Shown piece after piece: positions 59,512 to 64,000 of a DNA stretch of 64,000 nt. How positions within the stretch are numbered: position 1 is the stretch's first letter; the number at the start of each line of letters is the position of its first letter. The notes under the pieces are model-generated. The model ran no database searches. It had not been told where the DNA came from and saw nothing but the letters and a program-made list of their open reading frames with translations. The stretch spans positions 65,203 to 129,202 of the forward strand of contig JBGSPL010000004.1 in assembly GCA_041738615.1 (NCBI GenBank). Direction: 5' to 3'. The translations under genes were made by a program, and so were the position numbers. The stretch comes from Patescibacteria group bacterium (GTDB lineage Bacteria > Patescibacteriota > CPR2 > UBA1875 > CAIMLA01).

Positions 59512-60225
59512 ATGAAAATGAAAAATGATTTTTCCGATTTGAAAGCAGTGATTATAAACTGCACACTCAAAAAAACCCCAGAAGTGTCTAATACAGAGGG
59601 TCTTTTCGATATTGCCAAAAGGATTATGGAAAAGCAGGGAATCGAAGTGGAAGTGATCAGAGCTGTTGACTACGAGATTGCCCCAGGGGTCTATCCTGAC
59701 ATGACAGAGCATGGTTGGGAAACAGATGATTGGCCGAAAATACAAAAGCGGGTTATGGGTGCAAATATCCTTATAGTAGCTACCCCAATCTGGCTAGGGG
59801 ACAAGTCTTCTGTCTGCACAAAGGTAATAGAGAGACTCTACGGCTTCTCGGGAAAACTGAATGAAAAAGGACAGTATGCATACTACGGACGCGTCGGCGG
59901 ATGCGTAATTACGGGTAACGAAGATGGGGCAAAGCATTGCGCGATGAACATCCTTTATAGTCTGCAACATCTCGGCTACGTAATACCTCCCCAGGCAGAC
60001 AGCGCCTGGCTAGGACCTATCGGTCCCGGTCCATCCTACATGGACAAGGAGGCGCACGCCTTTGAGAATGACTTCACGAACAGGAATACAACATTTATGA
60101 CCTGGAACCTGATACATATGGCAAGAATGCTCAAAGATAACGGGGGAATGCCGGCTTATGGTAATCAGCGTTCAGAGTGGGACGCGGGGTGTCGCTTTGA
60201 TTTCGAAAACCCAGAATATAGGTAA
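59512..60225 (+). CDS. Flavodoxin-like / NADPH-dependent FMN reductase family
   Basis: NCTLK, SNT, ATPIWLG and TGNEDG.KH. Confidence 0.88.
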   Translation: MKMKNDFSDLKAVIINCTLKKTPEVSNTEGLFDIAKRIMEKQGIEVEVIRAVDYEIAPGVYPDMTEHGWETDDWPKIQKRVMGANILIVATPIWLGDKSSVCTKVIERLYGFSGKLNEKGQYAYYGRVGGCVITGNEDGAKHCAMNILYSLQHLGYVIPPQADSAWLGPIGPGPSYMDKEAHAFENDFTNRNTTFMTWNLIHMARMLKDNGGMPAYGNQRSEWDAGCRFDFENPEYR

Positions 60226-60257
60226 GATGCACTGTTTGGCGGGGTGAACCAGAGGAA

Positions 60258-60755
60258 CTATTTTTTGCTATATGCGTAGTACTCGAACGGTGGAAGTTCG
60301 GGAAATCGTTTATTCTTCTCACTTAGTACAATTAATCGCTTTAGATTAAACGACCAAACTAACTCATAGACGATAGCTGACAGGGGGAGTTTGGTAAGTT
60401 TTATCTTCGAAAACCCTCTAGTTAAGGCCATTTTTACTACAACAGGGTTTCTAGTTGTGAGATATATTATCTTTTTAGTATTCTGGTAGCGCTCCAGTGC
60501 GGCAACAAATAGTTTCTCGCCCACGCCGAGACCGCGCCTAGTTTCCAGCACAATCAAGATCTTCAGGTCAATGAAATCTCCGCCCTCTGTCACGACAAAA
60601 CACCCAGCAAGGCCCTCGGTATCCTCCGCAACAAAGCATTGTTTAAAGCGGGTTAGCTCTCTGGGGCTATAGTAAATAATATTGCCAGTGTTTCGTATCT
60701 CGTGCGAGATCAATCGGGCTTCATTTATATCTAGTTTTCGCCTAGTTATCAGCAT
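60258..60755 (-). CDS. GNAT-family acetyltransferase
   Basis: V...RRGLGVG motif A. Confidence 0.7.
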   Translation of the reverse strand: MLITRRKLDINEARLISHEIRNTGNIIYYSPRELTRFKQCFVAEDTEGLAGCFVVTEGGDFIDLKILIVLETRRGLGVGEKLFVAALERYQNTKKIIYLTTRNPVVVKMALTRGFSKIKLTKLPLSAIVYELVWSFNLKRLIVLSEKNKRFPELPPFEYYAYSKK

Positions 60756-60909
60756 GGTTATATATTAGCAGATAACATTAAGATTTAGCCATACAACGAC
60801 CTATCATCATTGTTTTGGTCTCGCATAGTAAGAATATAGTTTTTTGTTGGGGTTGCATTATGCTTAAGGTAAATGGCATAATAGGGCTATTGATGACGAA
60901 GGAGCCATT

Positions 60910-61374
60910 ATGCCAGAAGGAGTGCAGCCGTTTAATCCGGAATCCGATAGACCAGCTGAATATATGGGTAATTGGGTAGATTCGAATGTTGCCGAAGCAG
61001 AAGAAGCTGCTATTGATGGTGGGGGCAATAACGTAGAACGAACAGTCAAAGTCGACTATGAGGCCGAGAGACTAATCCACCAGTCAGTATTAGAAGCTAT
61101 TAGCGATTCTTTATCCTCCAAATTTGAGAGTTTGAAAATCGTTCAAGAACCAGAAGGACAGTTTAGCTACTCGATGAAATTAAAGGACGGCAGGGAGGTA
61201 CTTGCAACCTTTCTCCGTGGACGCGCTGGTGAGGGGACCCTTGACCTTAACCTTGAGGTCCGTCAGGACTTGGCTGATGAGGTTACTCCTGTGTTTCAAA
61301 CAATTGCTCAAGAGATCGGAGCTAAATACAGTATACTCGTTAACATAAGTATTAAAGAGATACCTAGAGACTAA
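60910..61374 (+). CDS. Hypothetical protein
   Basis: AAGGAG SD; acidic N-terminus; followed by a bidirectional terminator at 61407-61436. Confidence 0.7.
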   Translation: MPEGVQPFNPESDRPAEYMGNWVDSNVAEAEEAAIDGGGNNVERTVKVDYEAERLIHQSVLEAISDSLSSKFESLKIVQEPEGQFSYSMKLKDGREVLATFLRGRAGEGTLDLNLEVRQDLADEVTPVFQTIAQEIGAKYSILVNISIKEIPRD

Positions 61375-61443
61375 TAAATGTAAATGGTAGAGTTATTCAA
61401 GCTACAATAAAAGAGACCCGCCTGGGTCTCTTTTATAATGAAG

Positions 61444-61926
61444 CTATTTTGTTGCGTTGTCGCAGGTGCCGTCACCGTTCGCATCTACGAAACCAGAACC
61501 ATTTCCAGATCCGTTGTGCATTTTAGATCCCCCGTTACCACCACCATTTCCACCCCAAGCAGGCTTACCAGCTGCGGTTCTGATGGTAACCTGAGAACCA
61601 TCAGCTTTAGTTAAGTTCCAGGCGCTGATTGTGCCTGCAGTTTTCTCTAAGCCTTCGACTTTGACATTATCACCAGCCTGAACTGTTGTGTCAACATAGC
61701 CGCGTTTACCTAGATTTACTGTGTATGATTTTCCATCGGAATCCTTTACTTGGATCTGATTTTTACCAGTCGTAGAGACGCTCTCTACACTCCCAGAAAC
61801 TCCCACTTTAGCTACTTCTGTGCCACTTGGTGTCTTTACTGTTCCCAGTGAAGCCTTGGCAAAGACTACACCCGTAGAAAGTAAGGATATAGCCACTGCT
61901 GTTCCGACGATCAATGTTTTATTCAT
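61444..61926 (-). CDS. Secreted OB-fold-like protein with Gly-rich tail and DxNxDG motif
   Basis: Signal peptide MNKTL..VFA; FVDANGDGTCD; AAGGAG SD. Confidence 0.7.
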   Translation of the reverse strand: MNKTLIVGTAVAISLLSTGVVFAKASLGTVKTPSGTEVAKVGVSGSVESVSTTGKNQIQVKDSDGKSYTVNLGKRGYVDTTVQAGDNVKVEGLEKTAGTISAWNLTKADGSQVTIRTAAGKPAWGGNGGGNGGSKMHNGSGNGSGFVDANGDGTCDNATK

Positions 61927-61970
61927 TATTTTCTCCTTTTCTAGAAGGGTGTTAATCATTCCTTCTGTAA

Positions 61971-62000
61971 GTAATACGGCGTTAGAGAAAAAATATTTCA
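61971..62000 (-). promoter_or_regulatory. ECF-sigma promoter (copy 2)
   Basis: TGAAAT-16 nt-CGTATTAC. Confidence 0.7.
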
Positions 62001-62004
62001 AACC

Positions 62005-62463
62005 TTATCGTATATTACGATGATAGCCGTTACCTTGGCCTCTGCCGTTCATCTGGCCAAAGCCTTTTTCTAGAGTTTCATTGAAGTTAGAAACTGAAAG
62101 TAGAAAACCAGTAATGATGATTACTAAAGAAACTATTCCGATTATCCAGGCCAGTCGTTTTTTATAAGCGCCAGTATAGTGGTAGATTATCCATGTGAGT
62201 AAACCGATACCAGAGACACCGAGTATGACAATCCACCAAGGTATGACAGAAAAAACATGTTCCCAACGATTCGAACCTAGACCTAAGCCGAGACCTCTAC
62301 GTGGTAAATAGAAACTAAGGTTTACTAGAAATATCACGAGCAGTGTTAGTGCAACAATTCCGATCTCTGAAAGAGCTTTCATTATTCTGAAGAAAGACTT
62401 CGGTCGCATCTTCACTTCGTTCTTGTCGATGCTTTGCATTACCTTGTTTTTTAGCTCACTCAT
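62005..62463 (-). CDS. Putative membrane anti-sigma factor
   Basis: 3 TM helices; coupled directly after the ECF sigma. Confidence 0.6.
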   Translation of the reverse strand: MSELKNKVMQSIDKNEVKMRPKSFFRIMKALSEIGIVALTLLVIFLVNLSFYLPRRGLGLGLGSNRWEHVFSVIPWWIVILGVSGIGLLTWIIYHYTGAYKKRLAWIIGIVSLVIIITGFLLSVSNFNETLEKGFGQMNGRGQGNGYHRNIR

Positions 62464-63020
62464 AGTATCTCCTCAAGATGGATGTCTTTAAAATGCTTCT
62501 TTATCTCGTTCTTTCCTCTGCTCAGGTAAGTTCCCACGGTATTCACAGGCAGGTGCATGATCTCCGAAATTTCTTCATAGCTTTTATCTTCATAGAAGCG
62601 AAAGACAATCACTTCTCGATATTTGAGCGGGATAGTGAGCAGGGCCCTTTCTAATAACTCTTTCTGAGCACCAGTGTCAATTTTCTTCTGTATAATCTCT
62701 GCGTTATTTTCGCCACTGGCGATCTCTACTACTTCATCTAGTGCAACGTGTTTAGTATTTTTGCGGTAGTGAGTAATCGCTTCGTTGTGAGCTATACGGT
62801 ATATCCAAGAGGAAAACTTCCTTTTGGGGTCATATGAGTTGATGTTCTTATAGGCTTTCAGGAACGTTTCTTGGAGAGCATCGGCACAGTTTTCTCTGTC
62901 ACCAAGCATACGGTAAATAAAGGCGCAAAGTGGTTTTTCGAATCGGTCTATGACCTCTCCGAAAGCCTCTTTGTCACCATCCTGAACCATAACGGCTATT
63001 TCTTCATCTGTCAGTAGCAT
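62460..63020 (-). CDS. ECF (SigW-like) RNA polymerase sigma factor
   Basis: D..QETFLKAY, FSSWIYRIA.N and SYEEISE...NTVGT.LSR. Confidence 0.92.
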   Translation of the reverse strand: MLLTDEEIAVMVQDGDKEAFGEVIDRFEKPLCAFIYRMLGDRENCADALQETFLKAYKNINSYDPKRKFSSWIYRIAHNEAITHYRKNTKHVALDEVVEIASGENNAEIIQKKIDTGAQKELLERALLTIPLKYREVIVFRFYEDKSYEEISEIMHLPVNTVGTYLSRGKNEIKKHFKDIHLEEIL

Positions 63021-63029
63021 ATGCCCTTA

Positions 63030-63713
63030 TTATATCTTCTTTTTGAATACAGTTACAAAGTATCTCCAGTGCCAGATGATGTGAAAGACGGAAACTGCGG
63101 TCATGGCTACGCCGGCCTCAACGTGCCAATAAAGCATATTGAAGGGTAGGGGAATTACTAAGCCGTTACTAATTCTGAGGACAAGAAAACACCCAAGTAC
63201 AGCCGATACAAGGAAGAAGCCGAGAAGGAACCAATTCCAAATCTTCTTGTGTAAAGCATAGCCCAGGATCTTAAATCTAGACAAAATGAAACTAACTATA
63301 TAAATCAAAAGTAGGCCGATGGAGATAGGAAAGAAGTTGTACTGTTTCTCTGGTGTAGATACCTTGGGAACCTCTACGGTTTCAGTGGTTGTATCTTTTG
63401 CAGTGACAACTTCTCCCTCTTCAGCCTGCAGCTTTGCAGCAAGATCCTTTATAGTACTTGTTTCTGCACCATAGTTGTCTGCTAGTAACTGAAAGGTATC
63501 GCTAGTCTTTACGTTTACTCCTATCGATTTAGTAAGTTCTTTGGCGAAATTGTCGGCGTTGATGTTGTAAATAACTGCTACTTCGGTCACGGTTTTTGCT
63601 TTTAGGTCTTTGCCGGAAAGCTCAACCGTAGCAGCATTGACGGATCTGGCGCCGCCGAATGTTGTTACTAAAACGATTCCCAGTACTAGAATAATCCCTT
63701 GTAGTATTTTCAT
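63030..63713 (-). CDS. Membrane protein with C-terminal DUF4405-like domain
   Basis: Signal/TM, soluble domain, then WHVEAG...HIIWHW. Confidence 0.7.
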   Translation of the reverse strand: MKILQGIILVLGIVLVTTFGGARSVNAATVELSGKDLKAKTVTEVAVIYNINADNFAKELTKSIGVNVKTSDTFQLLADNYGAETSTIKDLAAKLQAEEGEVVTAKDTTTETVEVPKVSTPEKQYNFFPISIGLLLIYIVSFILSRFKILGYALHKKIWNWFLLGFFLVSAVLGCFLVLRISNGLVIPLPFNMLYWHVEAGVAMTAVSVFHIIWHWRYFVTVFKKKI

Positions 63714-63732
63714 TATTTCTCCTATTTTACTA

Positions 63733-63762
63733 GTAGTACGCAAATATATAGAAAATATTTCA
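63733..63762 (-). promoter_or_regulatory. ECF-sigma promoter (copy 1)
   Basis: TGAAAT-16 nt-CGTACTAC. Confidence 0.7.
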
Positions 63763-63824
63763 AAACAATTGAATAAGTAGTGTATTAAAAAATATAACTG
63801 GCTTCCGCAAACTAATGTTTGTAA

Positions 63825-63838
63825 TGGTGGAGCATAGC
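63825..63838 (-). other. tRNA-Ala-like 3' fragment (possible att site)
   Basis: Minus strand GCTATGCTCCACCA followed by a terminator-like hairpin; no rest of tRNA. Confidence 0.45.
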
Positions 63839-63940
63839 CCGTGCAAATGAACGTGTTCATCCGTTTGGGCGGGTAGATGAAGCATGGAACTACTATATTA
63901 ATACTGCCTCAGAGTTTGTATAATTATTCTAAGGAGAGTT

Positions 63941-64000
63941 ATGAAAGAAACAATTTTAGTTACTGGTGCTACGGGGAATGTCGGCAGAGAAATTATTGCG
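63941..64000 (+). CDS. NAD(P)-binding NmrA/SDR-like protein (truncated by edge)
   Basis: MKETILVTGATGNVGREII; AAGGAG SD. Confidence 0.8.
   Translation, partial: MKETILVTGATGNVGREIIA

Noticed and set aside
63780-63900. tmRNA or full tRNA ending in CTCCACCA
   Set aside because: No TTCRA T-loop or 5' acceptor half at the proper distance.
1-64000. Alternative genetic code (UGA=Gly), IS elements, prophage, rRNA
   Set aside because: Conserved genes such as thrS and ispG end at TGA with normal lengths; no transposase, integrase, phage structural or rRNA signatures seen.

Overview
Core-chromosome segment of a small-genome bacterium using genetic code 11. The gene content is most consistent with Patescibacteria/CPR (inference): compact overlapping operons, a thrS lacking the TGS domain, giant Fn3/LamG surface proteins, monoderm envelope genes and many orphans. 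It carries about 65 CDS for translation (rplY, rpmB, infC-rpmI-rplT, thrS), peptidoglycan and envelope (murI, murD, murT-gatD, an LtaS-like sulfatase, GT2), terminal MEP pathway and tRNA prenylation (ispG-ispH-miaA, miaB), two MacB/LolCDE-like ABC pairs, a ~2390-aa surface protein and an ECF sigma module. It also has 6 tRNAs and the RNase P RNA. No rRNA, CRISPR, transposase or integrase was found. The most notable non-coding signals are: (1) a family of ~103-nt sequence-divergent but structurally conserved elements abutting the 5' ends of three tRNAs, with inverted half-copies ~103 nt past two tRNA 3' ends; (2) a compact T-box riboswitch with an ultrashort stem I upstream of an orphan-thrS operon; (3) an AUA start codon on the giant surface protein, as on infC; (4) two matching ECF promoters; (5) a tRNA-Ala-like 3' fragment, a possible att site, at the right edge; (6) GC-rich self-contained orphan cassettes. 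All family assignments come from motif recognition by eye, not database searches.
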